Assembly: GCA_963769935.1 (NCBI GenBank)
Contig: CAVYNY010000022.1
Location: forward strand, 320,001 to 384,000
Length of the DNA: 64,000 bases
Source of the DNA: an uncultured delta proteobacterium
GTDB taxonomy: Bacteria > Desulfobacterota > Desulfobacteria > Desulfobacterales > JAFDCJ01
Direction: 5' to 3'
This document shows positions 1 through 9,946 of this stretch, piece by piece. Positions within the stretch are counted from its first letter, which is position 1; each line of letters starts with the position of its first letter. The translations under genes and the position numbers were made by a program. The notes beneath the pieces were generated by a model, which saw only the letters and a list, made by a program, of their open reading frames with translations, had not been told where the DNA came from and made no database searches.

Positions 1-16
1 GTGATTCGCGATCGTT

Positions 17-1927
17 ATGGCTATTAGCAAAAAAGAAAGCCTCTTCGTATGTCCCAATTGTCAGGGCATGCTGCAAGATAATGAATTATATCTTCATTGC
101 CGGGATTGCCATGATCGATTTCCCCGGCATTGCGGTATCACTCAATTTTATAAAACAGAAGAACTTTGGGATGTCGGTGGCTTCGATTGTTCCAATAGGG
201 ATAGTTCACAAAATTGGAAGGATTATCTGCGTGCGGCATTCGCGGACGACGAACGCCGCAGCTGGGTATCTGATGTTTCCCGCACGATGATTCTTGCCCT
301 GGCCGGCATTGAGCAAGGCATGCGCGTGCTGGATATCGGAACAGGCTGGGGCGTATACGCCATTGCGGCGGCCAAGCTCGGTGCTCAAGTTTGGGCAATT
401 GATGCAAATCCGGCGGGATTGGGTTTTCTATCCGACCGGTGCCGGCAGGAAGGGTTGAGCCAGGTCAAAATAGCCCAGGGCACAGCTCTTAAACTGCCTT
501 TTCCCAAGGATTCATTTGACCTTGTCATGATGAACGGCGTCTTCGAATTATTGCCGGAATATATCAATGAAGGATCACCGGAAGAAGTCCAATGCCGGGC
601 CTTAAAGGAAGCCGGACGAGTTTTGAATCCGCAGGGGCATTTGGTTATCGCCATCGAAAACCGCTATGGCTTGCCATATTTGACCGGCAGCCCCGACGAA
701 CATACCGGATTGCGTTTTATAACAGTAATGCCGCGTGCAATCGCCTCCCTGTATTCTTACCTGAAACTGGGAAAGCCTTTCCGGATTTATACCCATAGTG
801 TCCGGGGGCTGCAAAAAATCATCAAAAAAAACGGTTTCTGCCTCACGCAGTGCTACGGTGCGTATCCCAACTACCGCTTTCCAGATTATCTCTATTGCCT
901 GAACACGCCGTCGGCGGTCAGCGCCCTCAGTGCAGCCCTCCGCAGTCGCAGGGGCAGCTCGGTTTTTAGTCGACTGCAATCCAGAATCTTTCGCTTTTTT
1001 TCGGAAATATCGCGTCTACCCGAAATTCTGCTGAGAAAATACCCGTTTTCCTTAGTGGTGCTGGCTACCAAAAATACTGCTCCCAGGGCAGGTATTCCTT
1101 CCATAACAGACGTGCTTAAGACCCGCCGCAGTTGGCTGGTGCGGCGCACGAATGGAAAAGGTGCATATATTACCAAGTATGCAATCCGGGACGATTCATT
1201 TCAAACGTTTGACCGGGAAGGACAGGCTTTATCCTGCTTTGCAAAATCGGAAAATAATCATTTGGTGCCGAAGGTTGTCGAAGAAGAAATGCGCCCTGGA
1301 AGCAGAACACGGGTTTTTCAAGATTTGGGGACCGCAAATGTGCTGGCACGGCTTCAAAAATTGCACTGGGCTCCGGAGCTGCAGATCAAGGTTTTTGCTG
1401 CGTTTCTGAGCTGGCTAGACTCGGCCCGAAAAGTTCCCGCCAACGGCTTTTCGCACAAATATGAGGTTATGCCAAGAGTCTCTGAGGCTATCCGGCAGAA
1501 CCCGCGCATCGCTGACTTGGCAATTGATTTTCGGAAATCTTGCAGTTCAACGGTATTGAGCAATGCAGATTTTAACCCCACCAATCTGATTCTTTCCGGC
1601 GAAGCGCTTGTGGTTCTGGACTGGGAATGCCCTTGCCGGGAAAATCCTGTTATGGTGTTAGGGCATTTCTTTCTGCATTTGACGTTATTCGCGGATCGTT
1701 TTGCACCCGTTTTCAAGGCGCGCAGGAAAAGACCCGAGCGTTGGATCGGCGAGCAGTTCCGCCGCGCAATTGCCCAATATTCTTCGTTTGATAAAGAACT
1801 GCCGGCTTCGTTGCAGGATATAATTTTATGGATAGCAACAGATTTTTCAGCCCAATTTAATACTGCGCAGCCTCCGGTGCCCCCCCTGAAAGAGATTCTC
1901 CAGAGGTTATCGGGCGTCGAAAGTTAA
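17..1927 (+). CDS. Zn-ribbon + class I SAM methyltransferase + C-terminal APH/kinase-like fusion protein
   Basis: N-terminal CPNC..CRDC; SAM motif VLDIGTGWG and LPFPKDSFDLV; C-terminal NADFNPTNLIL...VVLDWE resembles phosphotransferase catalytic and metal-binding motifs. Confidence 0.75.
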   Translation: MAISKKESLFVCPNCQGMLQDNELYLHCRDCHDRFPRHCGITQFYKTEELWDVGGFDCSNRDSSQNWKDYLRAAFADDERRSWVSDVSRTMILALAGIEQGMRVLDIGTGWGVYAIAAAKLGAQVWAIDANPAGLGFLSDRCRQEGLSQVKIAQGTALKLPFPKDSFDLVMMNGVFELLPEYINEGSPEEVQCRALKEAGRVLNPQGHLVIAIENRYGLPYLTGSPDEHTGLRFITVMPRAIASLYSYLKLGKPFRIYTHSVRGLQKIIKKNGFCLTQCYGAYPNYRFPDYLYCLNTPSAVSALSAALRSRRGSSVFSRLQSRIFRFFSEISRLPEILLRKYPFSLVVLATKNTAPRAGIPSITDVLKTRRSWLVRRTNGKGAYITKYAIRDDSFQTFDREGQALSCFAKSENNHLVPKVVEEEMRPGSRTRVFQDLGTANVLARLQKLHWAPELQIKVFAAFLSWLDSARKVPANGFSHKYEVMPRVSEAIRQNPRIADLAIDFRKSCSSTVLSNADFNPTNLILSGEALVVLDWECPCRENPVMVLGHFFLHLTLFADRFAPVFKARRKRPERWIGEQFRRAIAQYSSFDKELPASLQDIILWIATDFSAQFNTAQPPVPPLKEILQRLSGVES

Positions 1928-1932
1928 CGAAA

Positions 1933-3075
1933 ATGAAAATCTGGCTTGACGCAACACCAGTGATCCATGGCCAACGGGCTGTGCGCCGGAATACCAGAAA
2001 TTTACTCGCCGCCTTAATATCACGGAACAGGGCCGATTATGGGTTGCTTTATTTTGACTGGAAAGGGAATACTTCCGGAAGGCTGGCTTTATCCCCCAAT
2101 AAGGACCTGGAAGAAAGAGTCTGCCGGTGCCCGATGCGCCTCCTGTTGCCGTGGTGGCGAAGATTCGGAAAACCTGCCATTGATCGTTTTGTTGGAAAAA
2201 TAGATCTGCTCTATGCCCCGGATCTTTATTTTCCGCCCGTGCGGCATGGGCGCGTTTTGAGCACCATCAGAGGGGTGGCTTACCTGGCCATCGAAGGGTT
2301 GCTCGATCCAAATCATCATCAAATGCTTACAGAGGCCTTTTCCTATGCTTGCAAGCGAAGCGATTATTTTTTGGCAGTGTCGGAAGCTACCCGCCGTGAC
2401 CTTCTGAATTATACCAATCTACCTCCGGACCGGATTTTTGTTGTGACCCATGGCGTGGATCCGGTGTTTAAAAGGATGCCGCGGGAAAGTGCCAGAAAAA
2501 TGGTCCGGGAGAGATTCAATATACACCGGCCGTATTTGCTGTATGTCGGTGCAGTCGCAATTCATAAAAACGTATTTGGTCTCCTGGATGCCTTTGCCAG
2601 GGTTGCTGCTTATGAAAAAGATATTGACCTTGTTCTGGTCGGGCCCGCGGAAACGGCGGCTGTTTCTGCCAAGCAAAGGGTTGCCGAAGAGGATTTGACC
2701 GGAAGAGTTCATTTTTTAGGCTCAATAGATCAAGAAAATTCAGTTTTGACTGAACTGTATAACGCCGCTGAGATGATGGTTTTCCCAAGTTTTTATGAAG
2801 GTTGGTGCGCGCCGCCCCTGGAGGCAATGGCCTGCGGCGTCCCCGTGGTTGGCTCCAATATTCCTGCGGTCACTGAAGTTGTCGGCAATGCTGCAGTTTT
2901 AGCCGATCCGCAAGATCCAGAAGCCATTGCGCATGCGATCAGCAAAGTTCTTTACGATACGAACCTTCGCCGGCAAATGATTCAAAGCGGCTGTGTTCAC
3001 GCGGCCCAGCATACATGGGAGCGCTCGGCACAGCGATTGGAAAACATTTTTGTCGATCTGATGGAGTCGCGGTGA
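1933..3075 (+). CDS. GT4 glycosyltransferase
   Basis: FPSFYEGWCAPPLEAMACGVPVV (EX7E-type motif); YLLYVG..HKN. Confidence 0.92.
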   Translation: MKIWLDATPVIHGQRAVRRNTRNLLAALISRNRADYGLLYFDWKGNTSGRLALSPNKDLEERVCRCPMRLLLPWWRRFGKPAIDRFVGKIDLLYAPDLYFPPVRHGRVLSTIRGVAYLAIEGLLDPNHHQMLTEAFSYACKRSDYFLAVSEATRRDLLNYTNLPPDRIFVVTHGVDPVFKRMPRESARKMVRERFNIHRPYLLYVGAVAIHKNVFGLLDAFARVAAYEKDIDLVLVGPAETAAVSAKQRVAEEDLTGRVHFLGSIDQENSVLTELYNAAEMMVFPSFYEGWCAPPLEAMACGVPVVGSNIPAVTEVVGNAAVLADPQDPEAIAHAISKVLYDTNLRRQMIQSGCVHAAQHTWERSAQRLENIFVDLMESR

Positions 3076-4178
3076 GGTTCGCCGTCGATGCATACCATAC
3101 CCTATTTTTATCGGGGGGAATTGCCCGCTATGCACGCTCCCTGATTTCTGCAATGGCCGCAATGGCTTCGACTGAGGAACTTATTTTGTTTGTAAACCGC
3201 TTCCGGGAGAAAGGTAAAACCTGGCGGCCGGAACAGGGAAAACATCGATTGCGGCCGCTTTACTTTCCCCGCCGGCTGCTGCAAAATATCTGGGATGCTG
3301 TCGAGTGGCCTCCCATCGAATTGTTTTGCGGGCCTATCGATCTTTATCACGGACTTCATTTCGTTCTTCCACCGGTCCGCAAAGCACGCCGGGTTCTGAC
3401 AGTCCATGATTTAACCTATTTAAAATTCCCCGGCTATTTTTCCGACCACAACCTGAATGAGCGTGGGTATCGGCGGGAACTTCCCCGCAGTCTGTCTCTT
3501 GCGGATGCGGTGGTTGCGGTGTCGCAACAAACCCGGCAAGATCTAATAGATATTATGAATGTCCCCGAGGCCAAGGTGAGGGTAATCTATGAGGGCGTAG
3601 ACCCGCAGTTTTTCAATCCTATGGCGGGCAAAGCAGCGGCGGCGATTCGAGAGCGCTACGGCCTGTCAGGGCCATATCTGGTCTTTCTGGTCGGTACGCC
3701 GGAGCCCCGCAAGAATCTGTTGAACACCGTTGCAGCCGCGGGAAAGGCTGCACCTCATCTGCCCCTGGCTTTGATCGGGCCCCAAAAACCGCTGCTGACA
3801 CTTTTAGGAGGCAGTCATCGCAACATTAAGTTTACCGGTGTCGTTCCTGACAGTCATCTACCGGCCCTGCTGTCCGGGGCTGAAATATCATTATATCCAA
3901 GTCTTTACGAAGGCTTTGGCTTGCCGGTCCTGGAATCGATGGCTTGCGGTGTCCCGGTTATTGCCTCCAATCAAGGCGCTTTGCCCGAAATAGCCGGAGA
4001 TGCTGCAGTATTGGTGGAACCGCAGAATGTGGCCCGCATCGCCGCTGCCATTCTGGAACTTCTGCACAACGACGCCCAGCGCAACCGCCTAAAAGGCGCC
4101 GGCAGAAAACGCGCGGCCGAATTTACATGGCAAAAAGCAGCCGAAGCGACACTGACTTTATACCGGGAGTTGGTTTGA
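3072..4178 (+). CDS. GT4 glycosyltransferase
   Basis: TVHDL, EPRKN, YPSLYEGFGLPVLESMACG; GTG start overlaps the upstream stop (GTGA). Confidence 0.92.
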   Translation: MRFAVDAYHTLFLSGGIARYARSLISAMAAMASTEELILFVNRFREKGKTWRPEQGKHRLRPLYFPRRLLQNIWDAVEWPPIELFCGPIDLYHGLHFVLPPVRKARRVLTVHDLTYLKFPGYFSDHNLNERGYRRELPRSLSLADAVVAVSQQTRQDLIDIMNVPEAKVRVIYEGVDPQFFNPMAGKAAAAIRERYGLSGPYLVFLVGTPEPRKNLLNTVAAAGKAAPHLPLALIGPQKPLLTLLGGSHRNIKFTGVVPDSHLPALLSGAEISLYPSLYEGFGLPVLESMACGVPVIASNQGALPEIAGDAAVLVEPQNVARIAAAILELLHNDAQRNRLKGAGRKRAAEFTWQKAAEATLTLYRELV

Positions 4179-6046
4179 TGTGCGGTATTTGCGGATACGT
4201 GGACACCCAGACCGAAGGCACCGTTCTGCCGACGATGGTACGGTCTCTCAAACATCGCGGACCCGATGGGGCCGGGCATTGGATGAATCAAGCCGCTGCG
4301 TTGGGGCACCGTCGACTTTCCATAATCGATCTCAGCGACGCGGCCAACCAGCCGATGAGGACTCCAGATGGCCGCTATGTGATCGTATTTAACGGGGAAA
4401 TATACAATTATCGTGAACTGCGCAGAGAATTGCAGCGAGCCGGCGAAACCTTCCAATCCTACTCCGACACGGAAGTGCTTCTCATCGGCTATCGCAGATG
4501 GGGCCGGCAGATTCTTGACAGACTGCGGGGCATGTTTGCTTTTGGCGTGTGGGATGACCGTCGCCGGCTGTTGTTTCTCGCCCGTGATCGAATCGGAATA
4601 AAACCCCTGTTTTATGCGCCGGTGAAAAGCGGCATTGTGTTTGCCTCGGAGATAAAGGCGCTTTTCAAACACCCCGGGGTCGGCCAAGAACTGAACCATT
4701 CCGCACTTGATACCTATTTTGAACTGGGGTATATACCCGGACCCGCAACTATATTTCACGGAATTCGGGCGCTCATGCCCGGCTGCTGGCTTGAATACCA
4801 TGCAGGCGGTCTCCAAACTCAGCGCTATTGGGAGCCGGATTTCAGCCATGCGAATTTGGACACCAGCGAAGAGGAGCTGATCGACGAATTGGATCAGCAA
4901 CTCAATGATGCGGTCAAAAGTCATCTGGTTGCGGATGTTCCGGTGGGCGCATTTCTTTCCGGAGGAATTGATTCGAGCCTGATTTGCGCAATCGCACAAA
5001 GGTACTGCGATGAACCGCTTCAAACCTTTACGATCGGATTCGGCGGCGCAGAGGATGAGCGTACTTTTGCGCAGGCGGTCGCAAGCCATATAGGTTCCAG
5101 ACACCATGAACACCTGATAACCCCCGACATCGTCGAGCAGCTGCCCCGTTTGGTAAGATACCTGGATCAGCCCTTGTTCGACAATTCAACCCTACCCACT
5201 TATCTAATCTCTGAGCACGCGAGTGCCCGGGTCAAAGTGGTTTTGTCCGGAGATGGCGGCGATGAGCCTTTCGGCGGTTATGACTGGACCCGGTTTGCAT
5301 TGACTCTGCCTGGTTTTTCCCTTAAATGGCAGCCGTCCGGCTGGCAGTGGGCCTACCGGAAGGGCTCCGCCGGCTTGTTGCAGCGGTTGATTTACGACCT
5401 CGCCAACTCTGAGAATGAACGTTACCAACGTCGCGTGGCAGTATCTGAGGCATTGCGTGCCTGGCTTTACCAGCCTGAATTTCTTCGCCGAATCGGCGAC
5501 ACGCTATCGCTTTCTACGGGCAATATGCTTCGCCGCGCTCCGGTGAGCGACGAGCGCGACCGGTTCATGTATGCAGATCTATGCCGCTATCTGCCGGAGG
5601 ACGTCCTCTACAAAGTTGATCGCATGAGCATGGCGAATTCCTTGGAGGTGCGGGTGCCGTTTCTGGACCATCGGCTGCTCGAATGGATTTTACGGCTGCC
5701 GTTCGGCTTGCGGTTTCGTCATGGTCGCGGCAAGTATTTGCTTCGCAAGCTGGCAGCGCGCTACCTGCCGTCTGAGGTTTTAAAGCACCGAAAACAGGGA
5801 TTTACGGTGCCATTGGGTCGCTGGCTGCACGGTAAACTGAGCGATTGGGTCGAGGACATCTTTCGCTCGCCGTCTTTTAGGCAACGCGGCATTGTGAGGC
5901 CCGAAGCTGCGCTGGAAATGCTGGCCATGCACCGCAGCAGACGTTATGAGCTCGGTCACCGGATTTGGAGCCTGGTGATTTTGGAGGCCTGGGCAAGGGT
6001 CTGGCTGGACGGAAGGCATCCTGATGAGGTTTTGCATCTTCAATAA
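4178..6046 (+). CDS. asnB: Asparagine synthase (glutamine-hydrolysing) family amidotransferase, polysaccharide-associated
   Basis: Starts MCGICG (Ntn Cys); HRGPDG, FNGEIYN, LSGGIDSS, SGDGGDE, KVDRMSMANSLEVRVPFLD. Confidence 0.92.
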   Translation: MCGICGYVDTQTEGTVLPTMVRSLKHRGPDGAGHWMNQAAALGHRRLSIIDLSDAANQPMRTPDGRYVIVFNGEIYNYRELRRELQRAGETFQSYSDTEVLLIGYRRWGRQILDRLRGMFAFGVWDDRRRLLFLARDRIGIKPLFYAPVKSGIVFASEIKALFKHPGVGQELNHSALDTYFELGYIPGPATIFHGIRALMPGCWLEYHAGGLQTQRYWEPDFSHANLDTSEEELIDELDQQLNDAVKSHLVADVPVGAFLSGGIDSSLICAIAQRYCDEPLQTFTIGFGGAEDERTFAQAVASHIGSRHHEHLITPDIVEQLPRLVRYLDQPLFDNSTLPTYLISEHASARVKVVLSGDGGDEPFGGYDWTRFALTLPGFSLKWQPSGWQWAYRKGSAGLLQRLIYDLANSENERYQRRVAVSEALRAWLYQPEFLRRIGDTLSLSTGNMLRRAPVSDERDRFMYADLCRYLPEDVLYKVDRMSMANSLEVRVPFLDHRLLEWILRLPFGLRFRHGRGKYLLRKLAARYLPSEVLKHRKQGFTVPLGRWLHGKLSDWVEDIFRSPSFRQRGIVRPEAALEMLAMHRSRRYELGHRIWSLVILEAWARVWLDGRHPDEVLHLQ

Positions 6047-6063
6047 GAGATCGTGAGCATTTC

Positions 6064-6768
6064 GTGAGACTAAACTTATCAAATTGTCGAAGCAAACTTT
6101 TGGCCTCGCCGCATCCCACCTGGCAGTCCTCCAGGAGCCGCAATCGGGTTTGCCGGTTTTTGGAAGCGGAGGAAGCAAGGGCACCAGGGGGATTAAGACT
6201 GAATGTCGGATCGGGGGGGCGTCGCTTTGAAGTGCCTGCCATCAACCTTGATCTTTTGGCGGGTCATGAGGTTGATGTGCGGGGCGATGTCCTTCGCCTG
6301 CCTTTAAAAGATGAGAGTTTGGACTCCATCGTATGCACCGGCGTGCTCGAGCATGTGGCGGACCCGCCTTCAGCCGTAAAGGAAATCTTCCGGGTACTCA
6401 AACCCGAGGGAAGGGCATTTTTTGAGTTACCCTTTATGCAGACCTATCATGCGGCGCCGGGGGACTACTACCGTTGGACGCCGACCGGGGTGCAGCGGGT
6501 ATTGCAGGCCTTTACACTGCTCGAATGGCATCCGGTAGCCGGGCCTGCGTCTGCGCTGGCTTGGTCTTTCCAGGAAACCATGGCAATGGCTTTTAGTCTA
6601 GAACGCCAAGTTCTTTATAAGATCGGACTGCGAGTTTTTGGATATCTGGCCAAGCCAATATCATTATTGGATATTTTTCTGGAGGGCCATCCCATGGCCT
6701 GGCACGCCGCTTCAGGATTTTCGGTCCTGGCTCTAAAGCGGCGGAAAGCAGATTGCGCGAATGGGTGA
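6064..6768 (+). CDS. Class I SAM-dependent methyltransferase (type 11)
   Basis: LNVGSGG; LPLKDESLDSIVCTGVLEHV. Confidence 0.85.
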   Translation: MRLNLSNCRSKLLASPHPTWQSSRSRNRVCRFLEAEEARAPGGLRLNVGSGGRRFEVPAINLDLLAGHEVDVRGDVLRLPLKDESLDSIVCTGVLEHVADPPSAVKEIFRVLKPEGRAFFELPFMQTYHAAPGDYYRWTPTGVQRVLQAFTLLEWHPVAGPASALAWSFQETMAMAFSLERQVLYKIGLRVFGYLAKPISLLDIFLEGHPMAWHAASGFSVLALKRRKADCANG

Positions 6769-7738
6769 AACGACGGGTATTGAATCCCGGTTTAAATCAG
6801 ACCCCTGGCGGCCGGCTGCAGACATTGCACGCCCCTTCGTGCGGCATGCCGATCCCGAACCTTCGCCCGGCAGGATCTGGCAGTATCCATCAACCGCACC
6901 CGAGATCCATTTGTCGGTTGTGATTCCCACCTTGGATGGTGATCGGGGCGGCCGACTCAAGCGTTTGCTGGCCCAGGTCGCAGTTCAGGATTTGGTTACG
7001 TTTGAAATCATCATCGTGAAAGGCGACTGCCGCCAGGGGCGGGCAATAAATATCGGGGCGGCCCTGGCGAGAGGCCGCTATTTAATGACCCTGGATGACG
7101 ATACGGCTCTGCCGGATTCCATGGCTTTCAGTAAATTGCAGACTGTGCTGGAAGAACACCGCGACATTGGGATCGCCGGGGGCAACAATATTGTGCCTGA
7201 AGATACCAAACCTTTTGTTCGGCGGGTGATGCAGGAGATTCCGCGGAGGTCCTGGAATATGGTTTCCCGGATCACCGACTCAGATCTGGCCGAGCATCCC
7301 TGCCTGATGATGCGCAGGGCCGAATTTAAGGCCCTTGGCGGAGAAAACGAGCTGATTCCGCGAGGCCTGGACCCGTATCTGCGGCAAGCCTATCGCCAAT
7401 CAAACAAACGGGTCGTGGTCGTGCCGGGTGTCGTTTATCACCATCTGCCGCCGGAAAACCTTCGCCGACTCCTATGCCAGTTTTACCGCAACGGACGGCA
7501 GGCTCATTTCACCACGCACCATTACCCGGATTGGGTCATCGAGACGCCGGCAGTCCATGGCGCTTTTAAAGTTAAACGATCGCCTGTTTTCAGACTCCTG
7601 CGGTTTCCCAGCCGGTTGGCGGCGGCGCTTGTGATCGGAAAACCCTTGTGGTTTCTTGCTGAGTCGGCCTACGGGTTTGGATTCATTCATGAATGGATTC
7701 GGTCCGCTAAGACACCGTTGAGGAGGTATCGCAGCTAA
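6761..7738 (+). CDS. GT2 glycosyltransferase
   Basis: LSVVIPT, AINIGAALARGRYLMTLDDD (DXD motif). Confidence 0.85.
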   Translation: MGETTGIESRFKSDPWRPAADIARPFVRHADPEPSPGRIWQYPSTAPEIHLSVVIPTLDGDRGGRLKRLLAQVAVQDLVTFEIIIVKGDCRQGRAINIGAALARGRYLMTLDDDTALPDSMAFSKLQTVLEEHRDIGIAGGNNIVPEDTKPFVRRVMQEIPRRSWNMVSRITDSDLAEHPCLMMRRAEFKALGGENELIPRGLDPYLRQAYRQSNKRVVVVPGVVYHHLPPENLRRLLCQFYRNGRQAHFTTHHYPDWVIETPAVHGAFKVKRSPVFRLLRFPSRLAAALVIGKPLWFLAESAYGFGFIHEWIRSAKTPLRRYRS

Positions 7739-7760
7739 AGAAAAATGAGTGCTTTAGAAA

Positions 7761-8681
7761 GTGACGCGAGGACAAATTTTGGTCGATGCCGATTTGAAAA
7801 TTATAAAGCAGAATCTCAGCTCCGATGCCCGGCGCCAGGAATGGATGGCATCGGAATCCTATTTCGCGCATTCCTGGACCCATATTTTTTATTGCTGGAA
7901 ATGCCGGCGGCTGATGATAGGGCGTACGATTCGGGATATCCTATCCCGGACTACGCCAACGGCTCGGAGAGTGATCGATCTAGGCTGCGGTTCCGGCGGC
8001 AGTATATTTGAGGTCTTTGATTTTTGTGCGGACCTGAAAGGTGTGCACTGGTTTGGACTGGATGTGGATATCGGCGCAGTTTCTTCGGGTTCCGATCGAA
8101 GTCGTTTCAGGCAGAGGGCGCGCAAAACCCAGCCGGTTGAGTTTTCAGCCGGAGATATATCCGCCCTGCCGATCGCTGATGAAAGCATCGATCTCGTCGT
8201 GTGTTCCGAGGTTCTGGAGCACATCGCCCATCCTCCCACGGCCATTGAAGAAATGGCAAGGATTCTAAAGCCCGACGGCTACGCCTTGATAACCACTCCG
8301 AATCCCAACAATTTAGTTGAGCGGATAGGATACGCCCTTGACAGGGTGTCGTTTGGGGGCTTGAAAAAGATTTTTTGGGCCGGTTGTGACGAGATTTCAG
8401 CACCTTCTCTTAAGGCCGATGTCGGCCTCGGGCATGTGTCGGTTTACCCTTACAAGACCTGGTTAAGGTGGCTAAAAGCGGCTGGCATATCGGTGATCCG
8501 TAAGGTTCGGGGCCCCATGATTTTCGGCGGTCCGTTCTTTGATCGCCATCCATTTTTCTCAGGTTGTATGATTGCAGTTGATCCGCTGTTGGACCGCATG
8601 CCTTTTAGATTTTTACTTTCAAACAACTTGGGGCTCTTTTGCCGCAAACAGTCAGAACCGGCGGGGCGAAATTTAGGATAA
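7761..8681 (+). CDS. Class I SAM-dependent methyltransferase
   Basis: VIDLGCGSG; LPIADESIDLVVCSEVLEH; LITTPN. Confidence 0.87.
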   Translation: MTRGQILVDADLKIIKQNLSSDARRQEWMASESYFAHSWTHIFYCWKCRRLMIGRTIRDILSRTTPTARRVIDLGCGSGGSIFEVFDFCADLKGVHWFGLDVDIGAVSSGSDRSRFRQRARKTQPVEFSAGDISALPIADESIDLVVCSEVLEHIAHPPTAIEEMARILKPDGYALITTPNPNNLVERIGYALDRVSFGGLKKIFWAGCDEISAPSLKADVGLGHVSVYPYKTWLRWLKAAGISVIRKVRGPMIFGGPFFDRHPFFSGCMIAVDPLLDRMPFRFLLSNNLGLFCRKQSEPAGRNLG

Positions 8682-8686
8682 CAATT

Positions 8687-9940
8687 TTGAACCTTCTATT
8701 TGTGGCCGATGTTTCCATACAAGATGTCATCGGGGGGAGCGAGAGAGTTCTATTCGAGCAGAGTTACAGGCTCGCCACTAAAGGACATAATGTGCATGTC
8801 TTAACCCGCAGACTGCCAGTCCATGGAAAAAATCAGAACACAATCAGAGGCGTGACCGAATGGCGCTATGCTGTTAATCAGAAAAACGATGTCTTCTTTA
8901 TCTCGTCCACCTGGCGAAATTCTGCCCGTTTGTTTGCGTCGCTTCATCAAAAATTTCATTTTGATTGCATCAATTTTCACCAACCTTTCTCTTGCCAGGG
9001 TGTACTGAATCTACCATTATGCCGGAAGATCCCAAAGATTTACACATGTCATTCACTTTCTTTTGAGGAATATATTTCCAGAAATCAAACGGACGGGGGA
9101 ATTACCCGCCGGGCCATTCATCGGTTGAATGTATTGAGCCGTAAACTGCTGGAAAGACGTGTGTTAACACGGTCGGATAAAATTATTGTACTCAGCAGCT
9201 TTACAGCGCAGAAGCTAAAAGAGATCTACCGTATATCGCCTGCGAAGATCTTTTTATTGCCCGGCGGCGTTGATTTAGACCGATATTCCCCCTCCGAAAA
9301 CAAGGCGGATATTCGGCGCGCCCTTGATATTCCGGTTGGCAAGGTGATATTATTCACGGTGCGCAATCTGGTGCCCAGAATGGGTCTGGAAAATCTCCTT
9401 TACGCCTTTGCTATAGTCGTCAAGACCGTACCCGATATATATCTTGTCATTGGCGGAAAGGGGCCATTGCAAACAGATTTGTCAGCCCTGACCAGGACTT
9501 TGGGATTAGAAAAATTGGTTAGATTTACCGGCTTCATCCAGGAAGAACAATTATGCGACTATTACCGCATGGCGGATATTTTTATCTTACCGACCCGGGA
9601 GCTCGAGGGCTTTGGTTTGGTCACCCTGGAAGCCATGGCATCCGGGGTGCCTGTGTTGGGGACCCCGGTCGGGGGAACCCGGGAGATCATCGGCCGTTTT
9701 GATTCAAATTTTCTTTTCCAGGATACAAGTCCTGATTCAATGGCTGATTTAATTTTAGAAAATTATCACACTATCACCGGAAACCCTCAAAAATGGCAGG
9801 CAATCCGTCACGCATGCCGGCTCTTTGCGGAGGCGCACTATTCCTGGGAAAAAAATGTGGACTCATTAGAGGAATTGCTTGGGAGACTTTCAGACCGTCC
9901 AGAACGGACAGGATCGATCGTGACTAGTCAAGCAGGGTAG
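8687..9940 (+). CDS. GT4 glycosyltransferase
   Basis: GGSER near the N-terminus; EGFGLVTLEAMASGVPV; TTG start at 8687 chosen after AGGA (ORF track starts at 8639). Confidence 0.9.
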   Translation: MNLLFVADVSIQDVIGGSERVLFEQSYRLATKGHNVHVLTRRLPVHGKNQNTIRGVTEWRYAVNQKNDVFFISSTWRNSARLFASLHQKFHFDCINFHQPFSCQGVLNLPLCRKIPKIYTCHSLSFEEYISRNQTDGGITRRAIHRLNVLSRKLLERRVLTRSDKIIVLSSFTAQKLKEIYRISPAKIFLLPGGVDLDRYSPSENKADIRRALDIPVGKVILFTVRNLVPRMGLENLLYAFAIVVKTVPDIYLVIGGKGPLQTDLSALTRTLGLEKLVRFTGFIQEEQLCDYYRMADIFILPTRELEGFGLVTLEAMASGVPVLGTPVGGTREIIGRFDSNFLFQDTSPDSMADLILENYHTITGNPQKWQAIRHACRLFAEAHYSWEKNVDSLEELLGRLSDRPERTGSIVTSQAG

Positions 9941-9946
9941 AAAACG

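Noticed and set aside
3971..5113. Long antisense ORFs (e.g. 3971-5113, 39242-39898, 52594-53304, 59460-60116)
   Set aside because: They are shadow frames opposite well-supported genes and have no recognisable motifs.
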